Origin: Candidatus Omnitrophota bacterium
GTDB taxonomy: Bacteria > Omnitrophota > Gorgyraeia > Tantalellales > Tantalellaceae
NCBI GenBank assembly: GCA_043823005.1
Contig: JBDRBG010000030.1
Coordinates: forward strand, 1-56,457
Length of the DNA: 56,457 nt
Reading direction: 5' to 3'
Part shown: positions 1 through 9,894 of the stretch, piece by piece
How the letters are laid out: each line of letters begins with the position of its first letter
Numbering within the stretch: position 1 is the stretch's first letter
Made by a program: the position numbers and the translations under genes
Notes under the pieces: generated by a model
The model's input: only the letters and a program-made list of their open reading frames with translations
Database searches by the model: none
Told to the model about the DNA's origin: nothing

Positions 1-2
1 TG

Positions 3-3000
3 GAGATAGCTGGAAGAGCGGGAGTAGTGAGCGGATCGGGGAAGAACTGGACAGCGGAATATACAATGACCGGGCAGGAAGCAGAAGGGGAGATATTATT
101 TGGGATAGAATATAAGGACATGGCAGGTAACGAAGGAGAAGGGATAACAGACATAACGGCAGGAGATAACATTATTTTTGATAATTCGGTCCCGATAGTT
201 ATGAAAGTTGTGCAGAACATAGATATTGATATGACAGGCAAAACTATTGATGTTCTTTTCGATGATTTCATAATGCGGGGTAGCGCAGAAACTTTTGACA
301 ATTATTTTATTTCCGGCAAAGAGGTTGTTGGCGCAGAACTTCAACCAGATAGAAAAAATGTCAGATTAATATTTGATGAAATTGTTTTTCCGGGAGAGGA
401 CACGATATTAGTATATGGCATTGCTGATCTTGCCGGAAATGCTATTAGCGAAGGTCAAGTCAAGGGGATAGTTTCAACAGATAACACTTCCCCTACGATT
501 ACTGTTCTTGGGACATCAGTTTCTAAGTCCGGGGATATTATCGCACTTTCTTTTGATAAAGTAATGAACATTTCTACTTTATCCGCAGACACTCTTGCCG
601 AAAGAATTGCTATAGATTTTTCGAATAACAAGGGGAATGTTAATGAGCAGCATGTTAATTTAGCAAATGCGGTTATGGAATGGGATAGTAACGGAAGAAG
701 CCTGGCTATTACTCTAAACGAGGAACTTGACCGCGAATATATTCCGGACATGAAGTATATAGGCGTAACTCCGTTACATAATATGCTGAGGGATGTTGCG
801 AATAATGCCGCAGAGGAAGTCGAAGTGTATAGCCAAAACTATGTAGAACGGGAAGAAGGAAGTCCTGAAATAAGTGATGTGATCTGTCAGTCTGTTAATA
901 ACGGGGCAGATACTATTACAATAGTTTTTGATGAAGTGGTGCAAGATTCAGCCGGAGATATAGACAATTGGACAGTTTATTCTGACGATAATAAGACCAG
1001 CGGAGGGGAAACAGAGCTTATTACGACGAATGCTTCGGCAGTTTTAAATGATGAGGGCAAAATCGTTACAATAACTTTAGATGAAAATAAAGACAGAACA
1101 TTTTTGATCAATAATACTTATATTAAAGTTGTTCCTGATTCGGCTATTGTTAAGGACCTTGCAGGTAATGCAAATGTAATGCCTGCATACGCGCAAGACG
1201 CGGTTATCGCGGAAAATATTATCCCTACTTTTACGGTAGAGGCGGCTTCTTTGCATGCACAGGGAGACCAGATCAAATTGACTTTTTCGGAACAGATGGA
1301 TATAACTACTCTTACGAATGATATCCTGGCAGAAGTTCTATTTATAGATCATTCTAATTCGGATTCCAATGCCGGACAAGAAGATATAGAACTGGCAAAT
1401 GCTGTTATGGAATGGGACCAGACCAGACAGATAGTGTCTATTGTGTTAAATGAAGAACAGGATAGGGCATATATCCCGCAATTTAAATATGTGGGTGTAA
1501 CTCCCGTAGCCTTAACAATAAAGGACTTAACAGGTAATGCGGTAGAATCAAAGGAGATTTATTTCGGCCCGGTTTTAAAAGAGAATGTTTCTCCTTTGTT
1601 AAATGTAGAAGCAGAATCTATTGATAATGCACCGGATATTATTACCATAACATCAGATGAAGTCTTAAATGATGAATTGAAAAATCCGGCAAATTGGGGT
1701 CTTTATTATGATTACGACAATATTGTCGGCGGTGAAGTTCAGATTCCTGTCTCAAATGCTGTATTTGTCGTTGATAATACAAATAAAATAATTATTTTAA
1801 CGCTTAATGAGGAAACAGATAAAGCGCGTATCCCTGCAGCTCAGAACGGAGTATATATCAAGGCTGTGGCTGATGCAGATAAGATCTCTGACCTTGCGGG
1901 AAATGCCGGAATTCAAGCGGGGTGTACGGAATCCAGAGTAAAGGCAGAAGATATTCTTCCGATTTTGACTGCCGTTGAAATTTTTTCAAATAATTCTTTT
2001 AGTACTTCAGTCGCAGAATCCGGGGATGTTGTTACTTTGCAGATAGAAACAAGTGAGTTACTGGCAGAAAATCCTACTGTTAAGATTGACGGTAAAAACG
2101 CGGATAGTGTGGAGAAAGTAACCAATAATATTTATGAAGCGAAGAGAGAGATGCAGGCAGGGGATACTATAGGAGAGGTGTCTTTTAGCGTTGATTTTAA
2201 AGACCTTGCGGGGAATGCCGGAGAACGTGTTGAATTGACTACAGACGGAAGTTCTATGATATTTGATGATACTGTTCTCAGTTTTTCTGAAGTAACAATA
2301 TATTCGGATAATGACAACACTGCTATAGCTAAATCAGGGGATATGATAATCCTTAATTTTGCCGCGACTAAAACCCTTAGCAAGGATCCGGAAGTATTTG
2401 TTGATAATGAACCGGCTGATTCGATCCTTAATATAGAAGGAAATACTTACAGAGCAACAAAGACGATCGAGAAAGATAATGTTGAAGAAAATGTAAATTT
2501 CAGGATATTGATCAGCGACCTTTTTGGTAATGATGCGGAAATAACACAGACTACAGATGAGAGTGCCGTTATCTTTGATAGTATAGCTCCTGCAATGGCA
2601 GAAGTTATTATCAGGTCAAATAATACAAATGACGCGTTATTTGCCAAGATAGATAATATAGTCACAATTACCATGACTGTGAATGAGGAGTTGTCGGGTC
2701 TCCCGAAAGTTATTATGAACGGTCGAGATGTAGAGAATGTAACGCATGAAGGCGGGAATATTTATACTGCCGCACATCTTATGGATGAATATGATGTTTC
2801 CGGTCCGATTGAGTTCAGTGTGGAGTTTAAAGATCTTGCGGGCAACGAAGGAGATAAAGTCGATAGCGCTACTGACGGGAAGTCAGTTTTGTTTGACAGG
2901 GATATTCCGGAGTTTACAGTTACGGCAGAATCACGGCATGCCGCGGATGATATTGTGGTGCTTAACTTCAGTGAGCCTATGATAACCCTCGCATTGTCCA

Positions 3001-6000
3001 ATGACAACCTGGATGACAAGGTTGAGTTGGATTATTCAAATAACAAAGGTAATGTCGCGGAGGAAGATATTCCTTTGAGTAATGCTGTTATAACCTGGAA
3101 ACAGGAAGGCACACAGGCTGTTATTACGTTGAACGAAGCTATGGACGGGGCATATATTCCGGATCTTAAGTTTGTCGGAGTTACGATAGCGGATTCTGCG
3201 CTTGAAGACCTTACGGGCAATGGTGTAATAACTTCGGAAATTTATTCGGATGATATTATTTTTGCCGAAAAAAACCCTCCGAGTATAACTATATTTGCCG
3301 AATCTATTAATAACGGGAATGATGTTATTACCATATTCTCAGACGAAGTATTAGTGGACACTGCTGAAACGATCACTAATTGGGCTATTCAGTATGATGA
3401 CAACAATTTTTCAGGCGGAGAAACTATTATGTCTACGGCTAATGCTGAGATAGTGATGGATACCGGGAAGAAGATCATAACAATCACATTGGACGAGAAT
3501 ATAGATGGGGAATATATACCTGCCGGTAAATTTATTAAGGTTGTGCCTCATCCTGTTAATATAGGCGACTTGGCTGGAAACGGCGGCAGTTCGGCTGTTT
3601 ATACGGCTGCGGTTATTTCTCCGGAAAATACACCGCCGGACTTCGGCCTGACAGCAGCATCAAATCATGGACAAGGAGACACTATTGTTCTTAATTTTTC
3701 GGAGATTATGGATATTTCCAGTTTGAGCCAGCAGAATTTAAAGGAGACTTTGACGGTTTTTCATTCAGCATATGGCGGACCGACCGGTAAAGTTGATATT
3801 AATCTTACAAATGCTCTGATGGTATGGGGCGGAGAAAAGAAAACTGTTACTATTACTTTGGACGAAGAAGTAGATAGGGCCTATATCCCGAATAATAGAT
3901 ATATCGGGATTATACCCGCAGGCGCGGCAATAAAAGATCTGGTAGGTAATACAGTCAGCACTCTGGGGCGTTATTATGGTCCTGTTTCAAAGGAGAGCGT
4001 TGCTCCTGCGATAATGATCCTCGCTCCTGAAGATTCAGCAGTAGTAAATAAGCCTAATGTCAGCTATATGCTCTCAGAAGTCGGAGGACAGGGGACAATT
4101 ACCTGGAAGAGAGTTGACGGGGGAAACGACGTTTTTGTTTATCAATTAAAAAATGAAGATTTAAGATCCGGCGAACATAATATTCTTTTGGAAAATGTAG
4201 CATTAGAACATGCCGCGGAATATGAAGTAATATTTGAAATGAAAGATCTTGCGGGAAACACGGCTGTAACAAGAAAGATACAGAACATAGTATGTGATAC
4301 GTCGGCTTTAATAATTGACCGGGATGCCTCTCCGGGCTCAAATGCCAGTGTTAATACTAATGCTGTCAGTTATGACTTTTCAGAACAAGCACAGGCAGGT
4401 TCTATTGTCTGGAGAAGGACAGGAGGAGAACAGGATCAGGAATCTCCGCATATATACGAATTGTCAGGGGCAGAACTTTCAGCGGGCAGACATGACATAA
4501 GTTCTTTGCCCGGGGTTTCCCTGGCAGATGGGGCTGTATATTCAGTAACTTTTGAAGGTACTGATAATGCGGGAAATGAAACGACTCCTGTTGTAAACAC
4601 AAATATTCTTTATGATATTACTGCTTCTCAGACAGCGCTTGTTATGACAAAAAGCTACTATACGGCTGCAAGCTGGAACGCCGCAAGTGCGATAAAAGGA
4701 ACGACTTCAGATGAAGGAGAAATCGAGAAGGTTGAAATATCTATTATGCGGAGAGAAGCAGACGGTGATCTTTGTTGGAACGGAGAGGATTGGGAAAGTT
4801 CTGTTTTCTGGGTTGAGATTCAAGGAACAACTAGCTGGACATATAACCTTTCAAAAGATGATCTGACAGCCGGCCGGACATATATCATAAGGGCAAGGGC
4901 GATTGATAAAGCCGGGAATATAACTCCGGAAAATGGATATGCGTATGCTGATTTTACTTATGAGCCTATAATAGAAATAAGCGGTATTGCTGATCCTATT
5001 GTTGCCGGAGTGCCGAGTGATATTACTGTTTCTGTTAAAGATCACCTGGGGATCATAGTTTCCGGATATGACGGAACAATACATTTTACTTCAACTGATT
5101 TGCATAGTGGAGTAATGTTGCCTCAGAATTATACGTTTAATTCAGGCGCGCATACATTTGATAATGCGTTGATATTAGTTAGCGCCGGGGAACAAAGAGT
5201 TACAGCGACTGATACTGTTTACGGCAGTTTGGCCGGAGAAAGAGAAAATATTACAGTGGGGCACGCAGAGGCGGATCATCTGGAATTCGAAGAAAAAATA
5301 GCAAGTCCGCAGACAGCCGGCAAAGAATTTCCTTTAAGCCGCCTGAAAGTGGTGGATGTATACGGAAATATATGTGATGGCTCTAATCAGACAACCAGCG
5401 CGGTGTATACCCGCAATAACGTAGATATTACATGGATATTAAGCGGAGAGTCTAATGGACCTGAAAACGGTACGGATGTAATTACTGACCCGTTATCGTT
5501 TGAAAAAGGCATATCCAACACAGCTATTACTGCAATTTTATGCCGCTCTCAGGACACCACAATAACAGCCAATATAGCGAACTTGGAAGGTCAAAACAAA
5601 TCTTCTAATGTTATCACGATTGCTCCTGCGGAAATAACAAAAATGCGTTTTATCCAACAACCTTCGACTTCCTGTGTTACGAATCAGCCGTTAAATGATC
5701 AGCCGAAAATCGCGATAGCTGACTCATACGGCAATAGCGTAACCAAGGCGGTGGCTAATATTTCGGTTGCTGCATCGCTTACGACAATGGAATATACACC
5801 TGTTATTAATGGAACTTTAGAGGCGGATTCTCTTACTGTCGCTACCAGTAACGGTGTAGCATCTTTCAGCGGCATTACTTATGATTATCCGGAAAATATA
5901 TATTTAAGGTTTATGATCGCTGAATATGGAATGGAGCCTATTTATTCTCCGATGATAGAATTTGAAACTTTTGCGGATGCGGAAATCGCAGACGGTCCCT

Positions 6001-9000
6001 TAACAGAAACAGGCAGAATATCTTCTTTGGCGACGACTATGGAGAAGAAACAAAATATGTTTGATTTTAGGATAATTGACGGCGGAGCCGATGGTTTTGC
6101 GACTAAAATAAAACAGATAACTATTACCAAGGGTGCTGATAATGAAACAGATGATTGGATGAAATATATAGGCGGGGCATATATAACAGACGGGATTATG
6201 CAGTATTCCGGAACAGTCAGGAATGATTCAATAATTTTCGGAAGCGGTCAGAGTATTATTTACCGAATAGAAGACGGAAAGAACAGCACGTATGTAATAA
6301 GTTTATACTTAAAACAGACTTTGCCGGGAGGAAGCGATAATGCGTTAATAAGTTTTTCTTTAGACGCTTCAGACAACATTCAGTTGGATGAAGTCGGTTC
6401 AAGTTTTTCGAAAGAATCAGATTCTAGGATCAATTCTTTTGGCATTGATATTAAGGCTACAGATTTTATTGTAGAAGGGAACAATATCATGGCTGCCGGA
6501 GATGAGAATGTTCTCAGCATTACGGCGATTGATGCAAACGGTAATATTGACGTTGATTTTACCGGAGATAGGCAGCTTATATTCAGCGGTGCACAGGAGG
6601 CCCCGGACGGAATACATAAACCTACTTGTACTACATTTGCAGGAACTGATGAAGCGTTCGGTATGGCTACTCCTCTTTTGTTTGACAGCGGGGTCAACTC
6701 TTCTGGTATCAAAATGAAATTATATAAAGCTGAAACTGCCGAGATAAAAGCTGAATGTGTAAATGATATGTTATATGATAATCTGATTTCTTCTGATGAA
6801 AGGGCTTTAAGTGTAAGGGTCTCGGGCGGTAATGCTTCTAAATTATCATGGGAAGAGATTCCGGTTAAAAAAATAGTAGCTAATGCGCCGTGGAAAGAGT
6901 TTTCTGTGGGAGTTACAGATCGTTATGGTAATATTTCTCCGAGTACAACAGAAGTTTCTGTCGTAGTGTCAGGCGGCAGTCTTGGCGAGGATTGTGTGAA
7001 TAAGGTAAAGGCTGAAGCCGGAGTAGCCGTATTCAGCGAATTTTGTGTTATATGCGATACTTATCCGGGGATAGTCCGCATAAAAGCAAGCGCGTCCGGT
7101 GTCGAAGAAACTTCGTTATCTGAAGAAATAACGGTTGATGCCAAGTATTCTATTATTTTAGGGGCTAAGGATTATACGACGGGGTCACATTTGACTGAAT
7201 TAATGCTTACAGTTATAAGTGACGGAAAAATAGTTGACGGTTTTCCTGAAAGCGGGAACAGTCCTTTTAAATTTACTCTTCCTTATGGAACGTATACCAT
7301 GAGTTTTTCCAAAGAAAAGTATATAGAGGAGTCACAGGAAAAGATCGCCGGAGTTGCAGCTGATGGGCTTGACGGAAAATATGACAATAATATAACGTGG
7401 AGCATGACAGTTACTTCGCTGGCTGAAGCTACCGCGGATTATCACGTGCAAAACAGTATTGTTTATCAACAGGATAAAGACGCTCTTAGTATAAGGTTAT
7501 GGCTCGAGAGAAGGGGAAAATTGATTACTAATGATGATGTAAATAAATTGGGCCCTGGTTTGGTAGAGATATATGATAATGATCAGACAATACCTATAGG
7601 CAGTATAAATATGGACGCGCCTGAAAGTTCGGATTATACGACCGGTGTTTATTATGTGGAAGTAGCTCAGATAGTCGAGCAAGGAGGAGAGCTTGACCTT
7701 GTAGCCGGCCAGTCTTATTACGCGAAATGTCAGATAAGTTACGGCGGTGCTGACGGCATGAACAGAAGTTATCAGACCGGAACGACTTTTGAAATTGATA
7801 TCAGTACAGTAGTAAAGGAAATAACCGAACAGATATCTACGGTGAGTGCTCAGATACAAGCAGAAGTAGCGGGTGTGAAAACCGATATAGAATCGAGTGA
7901 AACAGAAGTTAAAGCAACAGTGACCGAAACAGGTGAGGAGATAAAAAGCGAAATGTCCCAGCAGGGGAAACAGATCCAAAAAGCGGTTGAGGCAGAATCC
8001 GCGAAAATGCTCGCGGTTACAGGTACGGAATATCTGCCTGCTAAACTGGACTCGATCAGAGACGAAGTAATGGAGGAAATTAAACCGCATGTACAGTCTG
8101 AAATATTAACGGGAGTAACAACGATCAAGCAAGGAGAAACCGTTACTATTTCTTATCGTACAGGCGAGGGATTATTGCCCATAATAGATGTTTATGATCC
8201 TAATGGAAACACAATGATATCCAAACAAATAATGGCGGAAAGCAAAAAGGAAATAGGCTCGGGAATAGCATCCAGTATTTATGAGTACAACCTGACATTT
8301 CAGCGGGGTTGGGGTGCAGGTGACTTTACTATCGTGTGTTCCGAACCAAAACAGGGGACTGTTGATGCTTTAACGATAACAGTGTTTAAGTATGATATCG
8401 GAGATGTTGCAAGCAATGTAACGGCAGTATTAGGCATAACTTCAGGGCTTGGAAACGTAAAAGGAGCTTTTGAAGAGGTTGCTGATGAGATGAGTCTTTT
8501 AAAAACATCTCTTAGCGAAATAGCCGAATCTGCTTCAAAGACAGCTAAAGGCGCCGCGGCCGGCGCCGACGATATGGAAAAACTTCATAAAAATTTAGCG
8601 GCACTTAGTACTCAGATAGCGCAGATCAGTGTGATCAAGGATTATGGGCTCGAAAAACTATATGATGTTTCTGTAGAAAAGAAAGACGATCTGGTCTATT
8701 TAAAGAATAAGACGCAGGAACTTAAAGCCATAATGGAACTTAACCAGAAGATGATGGATAACGTGGCCAACGAACCTGTTACACAGACATGGTATGAATA
8801 CGGCAGTGTTGTATTAAAGGCTATAGTTATTAACCCGTCCAAAACACAGCAACGGGATGTTCCGTTTAAGGCGTATTTGCCTAAAGAAGTAAGGCCGGAA
8901 CACATAATGAACAAACGTGATCTTTATGTCGCGTATGATACTCAGCAGGGAAGTTATTATGTATATGCGACATTTACGCTTAAAGCGCAGGAATCAAAAG

Positions 9001-9509
9001 AAGTCGAAATAGAAATGGAAGATATCTGGATAATTGACGCTAAAGACATAGATGAGATAAGGGGTGAAGCCCGTTCAGTTGTTGATCTTTTAAATAGAAC
9101 AGAATATAGCGACAGGGCGCAGTTCCTTTTAATGGATATTGAAGCTAAACTGGACAGGATCGTAGAAAGTCAGGAAAATTCTCCGACTAATCCGGAAGTG
9201 CATATTTCTATTTACAGGGAAAACCTGAAAGTTTTTGAAACAGCCGAACAGAGTTTAGCTCTGATGAGATCTTTGTTGAGCCAGGCAAAACCGGTTTCTT
9301 TGCATTTAACCTGGAAAATAATTTCAGCGATAATAATATTTTTAGGCATACTGAGTCTTGCGTTTTATATAATCTGGCAGAAACAGGTAAACTTAAGCGA
9401 AGTGCCGTCGTTTGAGATCGAAGAAGAGATAAAAGAGAATAGCGAAGAACAAGAAAACAAAAAAGAGGACCCTTTAGAAGAAGACGATGATGAAATAACG
9501 TATCTGTAG
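3..9509 (+). CDS. Giant cell-surface protein, 5' end outside the window (at least 3168 aa visible): tandem Ig-like modules, C-terminal TM anchor and acidic tail
   Basis: The frame of ORF 27..9509 stays open back to nt 3, so the real start is upstream. At least 14 modules end in a D-[LMK]-[AT]-G-N motif (KDMAGNEG, ADLAGNAI, KDLAGNAN, KDLTGNAV, SDLAGNAG and others), as in bacterial Ig-like Big_5/SbsA-type domains. The region from about nt 4975 to 7140 looks like Big_1/invasin-type repeats (VTATD, ITVGHA, VVDVYGN). A CarboxypepD_reg-like segment lies near nt 7140-7330. A hydrophobic helix WKIISAIIIFLGILSLAFYIIW sits at about nt 9312-9377, followed by a 40-aa E/D-rich tail. The stop is TAG at 9507-9509. 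Confidence 0.85.
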   Translation, partial: EIAGRAGVVSGSGKNWTAEYTMTGQEAEGEILFGIEYKDMAGNEGEGITDITAGDNIIFDNSVPIVMKVVQNIDIDMTGKTIDVLFDDFIMRGSAETFDNYFISGKEVVGAELQPDRKNVRLIFDEIVFPGEDTILVYGIADLAGNAISEGQVKGIVSTDNTSPTITVLGTSVSKSGDIIALSFDKVMNISTLSADTLAERIAIDFSNNKGNVNEQHVNLANAVMEWDSNGRSLAITLNEELDREYIPDMKYIGVTPLHNMLRDVANNAAEEVEVYSQNYVEREEGSPEISDVICQSVNNGADTITIVFDEVVQDSAGDIDNWTVYSDDNKTSGGETELITTNASAVLNDEGKIVTITLDENKDRTFLINNTYIKVVPDSAIVKDLAGNANVMPAYAQDAVIAENIIPTFTVEAASLHAQGDQIKLTFSEQMDITTLTNDILAEVLFIDHSNSDSNAGQEDIELANAVMEWDQTRQIVSIVLNEEQDRAYIPQFKYVGVTPVALTIKDLTGNAVESKEIYFGPVLKENVSPLLNVEAESIDNAPDIITITSDEVLNDELKNPANWGLYYDYDNIVGGEVQIPVSNAVFVVDNTNKIIILTLNEETDKARIPAAQNGVYIKAVADADKISDLAGNAGIQAGCTESRVKAEDILPILTAVEIFSNNSFSTSVAESGDVVTLQIETSELLAENPTVKIDGKNADSVEKVTNNIYEAKREMQAGDTIGEVSFSVDFKDLAGNAGERVELTTDGSSMIFDDTVLSFSEVTIYSDNDNTAIAKSGDMIILNFAATKTLSKDPEVFVDNEPADSILNIEGNTYRATKTIEKDNVEENVNFRILISDLFGNDAEITQTTDESAVIFDSIAPAMAEVIIRSNNTNDALFAKIDNIVTITMTVNEELSGLPKVIMNGRDVENVTHEGGNIYTAAHLMDEYDVSGPIEFSVEFKDLAGNEGDKVDSATDGKSVLFDRDIPEFTVTAESRHAADDIVVLNFSEPMITLALSNDNLDDKVELDYSNNKGNVAEEDIPLSNAVITWKQEGTQAVITLNEAMDGAYIPDLKFVGVTIADSALEDLTGNGVITSEIYSDDIIFAEKNPPSITIFAESINNGNDVITIFSDEVLVDTAETITNWAIQYDDNNFSGGETIMSTANAEIVMDTGKKIITITLDENIDGEYIPAGKFIKVVPHPVNIGDLAGNGGSSAVYTAAVISPENTPPDFGLTAASNHGQGDTIVLNFSEIMDISSLSQQNLKETLTVFHSAYGGPTGKVDINLTNALMVWGGEKKTVTITLDEEVDRAYIPNNRYIGIIPAGAAIKDLVGNTVSTLGRYYGPVSKESVAPAIMILAPEDSAVVNKPNVSYMLSEVGGQGTITWKRVDGGNDVFVYQLKNEDLRSGEHNILLENVALEHAAEYEVIFEMKDLAGNTAVTRKIQNIVCDTSALIIDRDASPGSNASVNTNAVSYDFSEQAQAGSIVWRRTGGEQDQESPHIYELSGAELSAGRHDISSLPGVSLADGAVYSVTFEGTDNAGNETTPVVNTNILYDITASQTALVMTKSYYTAASWNAASAIKGTTSDEGEIEKVEISIMRREADGDLCWNGEDWESSVFWVEIQGTTSWTYNLSKDDLTAGRTYIIRARAIDKAGNITPENGYAYADFTYEPIIEISGIADPIVAGVPSDITVSVKDHLGIIVSGYDGTIHFTSTDLHSGVMLPQNYTFNSGAHTFDNALILVSAGEQRVTATDTVYGSLAGERENITVGHAEADHLEFEEKIASPQTAGKEFPLSRLKVVDVYGNICDGSNQTTSAVYTRNNVDITWILSGESNGPENGTDVITDPLSFEKGISNTAITAILCRSQDTTITANIANLEGQNKSSNVITIAPAEITKMRFIQQPSTSCVTNQPLNDQPKIAIADSYGNSVTKAVANISVAASLTTMEYTPVINGTLEADSLTVATSNGVASFSGITYDYPENIYLRFMIAEYGMEPIYSPMIEFETFADAEIADGPLTETGRISSLATTMEKKQNMFDFRIIDGGADGFATKIKQITITKGADNETDDWMKYIGGAYITDGIMQYSGTVRNDSIIFGSGQSIIYRIEDGKNSTYVISLYLKQTLPGGSDNALISFSLDASDNIQLDEVGSSFSKESDSRINSFGIDIKATDFIVEGNNIMAAGDENVLSITAIDANGNIDVDFTGDRQLIFSGAQEAPDGIHKPTCTTFAGTDEAFGMATPLLFDSGVNSSGIKMKLYKAETAEIKAECVNDMLYDNLISSDERALSVRVSGGNASKLSWEEIPVKKIVANAPWKEFSVGVTDRYGNISPSTTEVSVVVSGGSLGEDCVNKVKAEAGVAVFSEFCVICDTYPGIVRIKASASGVEETSLSEEITVDAKYSIILGAKDYTTGSHLTELMLTVISDGKIVDGFPESGNSPFKFTLPYGTYTMSFSKEKYIEESQEKIAGVAADGLDGKYDNNITWSMTVTSLAEATADYHVQNSIVYQQDKDALSIRLWLERRGKLITNDDVNKLGPGLVEIYDNDQTIPIGSINMDAPESSDYTTGVYYVEVAQIVEQGGELDLVAGQSYYAKCQISYGGADGMNRSYQTGTTFEIDISTVVKEITEQISTVSAQIQAEVAGVKTDIESSETEVKATVTETGEEIKSEMSQQGKQIQKAVEAESAKMLAVTGTEYLPAKLDSIRDEVMEEIKPHVQSEILTGVTTIKQGETVTISYRTGEGLLPIIDVYDPNGNTMISKQIMAESKKEIGSGIASSIYEYNLTFQRGWGAGDFTIVCSEPKQGTVDALTITVFKYDIGDVASNVTAVLGITSGLGNVKGAFEEVADEMSLLKTSLSEIAESASKTAKGAAAGADDMEKLHKNLAALSTQIAQISVIKDYGLEKLYDVSVEKKDDLVYLKNKTQELKAIMELNQKMMDNVANEPVTQTWYEYGSVVLKAIVINPSKTQQRDVPFKAYLPKEVRPEHIMNKRDLYVAYDTQQGSYYVYATFTLKAQESKEVEIEMEDIWIIDAKDIDEIRGEARSVVDLLNRTEYSDRAQFLLMDIEAKLDRIVESQENSPTNPEVHISIYRENLKVFETAEQSLALMRSLLSQAKPVSLHLTWKIISAIIIFLGILSLAFYIIWQKQVNLSEVPSFEIEEEIKENSEEQENKKEDPLEEDDDEITYL
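489..3998 (+). repeat. Protein-level module array inside the giant CDS, order A-B-A-B-C-C-C-A-B-A, each module about 100-120 aa
   Basis: The four A modules share ANAVMEWD / ANAVMEWD / SNAVITWK / TNALMVWG. They also share ITLNEELDREYIP / IVLNEEQDRAYIP / ITLNEAMDGAYIP / ITLDEEVDRAYIP. The three B modules share ITIVFDEVV / ITITSDEVL / ITIFSDEVL and ITLDENKDR / LTLNEETDK / ITLDENIDG. The three C modules (nt about 1960-2890) share a (S/D)NxxxA(K/E)SGDxV...(F)KDLAGN(A/E)G pattern. DNA identity between modules is low, so the duplications are old. Confidence 0.7.
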
Positions 9510-9527
9510 GACACAACGTGGAACTTG

Positions 9528-9603
9528 GGGACGGTTCTGAAATCAATCCCACACCCGTCCCAGTTTTAATCCCACACCTGTCCCCTAACAGTAATAGTTA
9601 GTT
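9528..9603 (+). repeat. Left copy of a ~76-bp direct repeat bracketing the hairpin element
   Basis: GGGACGGTTCTGAAATCAATCCCACACCCGTCCCAGTTTTAATCCCACACCTGTCCCCTAACAGTAATAGTTAGTT recurs at 9793-9869 with a few mismatches. It contains two CCCACACC(C/T)GTCCC boxes spaced about 21 nt apart. Confidence 0.85.
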
Positions 9604-9667
9604 GACAGTTGATGTTTGGTTTGTTGAGGGCTAACGGACAATCGATATAAAAAATTTTTGAGATTAA

Positions 9668-9784
9668 GGGGAAATGCAAAGTATTTTGCCGGAACGGTAA
9701 GCATTCCGTGCTCAAACAATTTGCCTTCACTTGGTTCAGGCAAAAACTGCGCTCAGAACGCTTACCGTTCCGGCAAAAAAGTGT
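9668..9784. repeat. 117-nt structured repeat, copy 1 (19-bp perfect outer stem plus 7-bp apical stem); candidate small RNA or MITE-like element
   Basis: TTTTGCCGGAACGGTAAGC (9684-9702) is the exact reverse complement of GCTTACCGTTCCGGCAAAA (9760-9778). There is also an inner TTTGCCT/AGGCAAA pairing. A second copy at 52507-52623 differs at 7 of 117 hand-aligned positions. Confidence 0.8.
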
Positions 9785-9792
9785 CAATATTA

Positions 9793-9869
9793 GGGACGGT
9801 TCTGAATTTGAACTTACACCTGTCCCAGTTTTAATCCCACACCTGTCCCCTAACTGGCAATAGTTAGTT
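9793..9869 (+). repeat. Right copy of the ~76-bp direct repeat
   Basis: GGGACGGTTCTGAATTTGAACTTACACCTGTCCCAGTTTTAATCCCACACCTGTCCCCTAACTGGCAATAGTTAGTT matches 9528-9603. Confidence 0.85.
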
Positions 9870-9894
9870 TTGTGGCGGGCATTTTTAAAGTGAT

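Noticed and set aside
96-9552. About 25 minus-strand and off-frame ORFs inside the giant CDS (for example 7497..8090, 197 aa; 6380..6712, 110 aa)
   Set aside because: They are embedded in a continuous 9.5-kb frame with strong repeated-domain signatures. Their products are low-complexity with no motifs or RBS support. These are typical shadow ORFs.
9566-9787. The 73-aa ORF here and the 60-aa ORF at 52477..52659 share the peptide RNGKRSERSFCLNQVKANCLSTECLPFRQNTLHFP, which could be read as a conserved small protein
   Set aside because: The conservation is just the 117-nt DNA repeat. The sequence is dominated by a 19-bp stem. ORF boundaries differ between copies, and a plus-strand ORF (52502..52717) covers the same DNA. 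A structured RNA or MITE explains it better.
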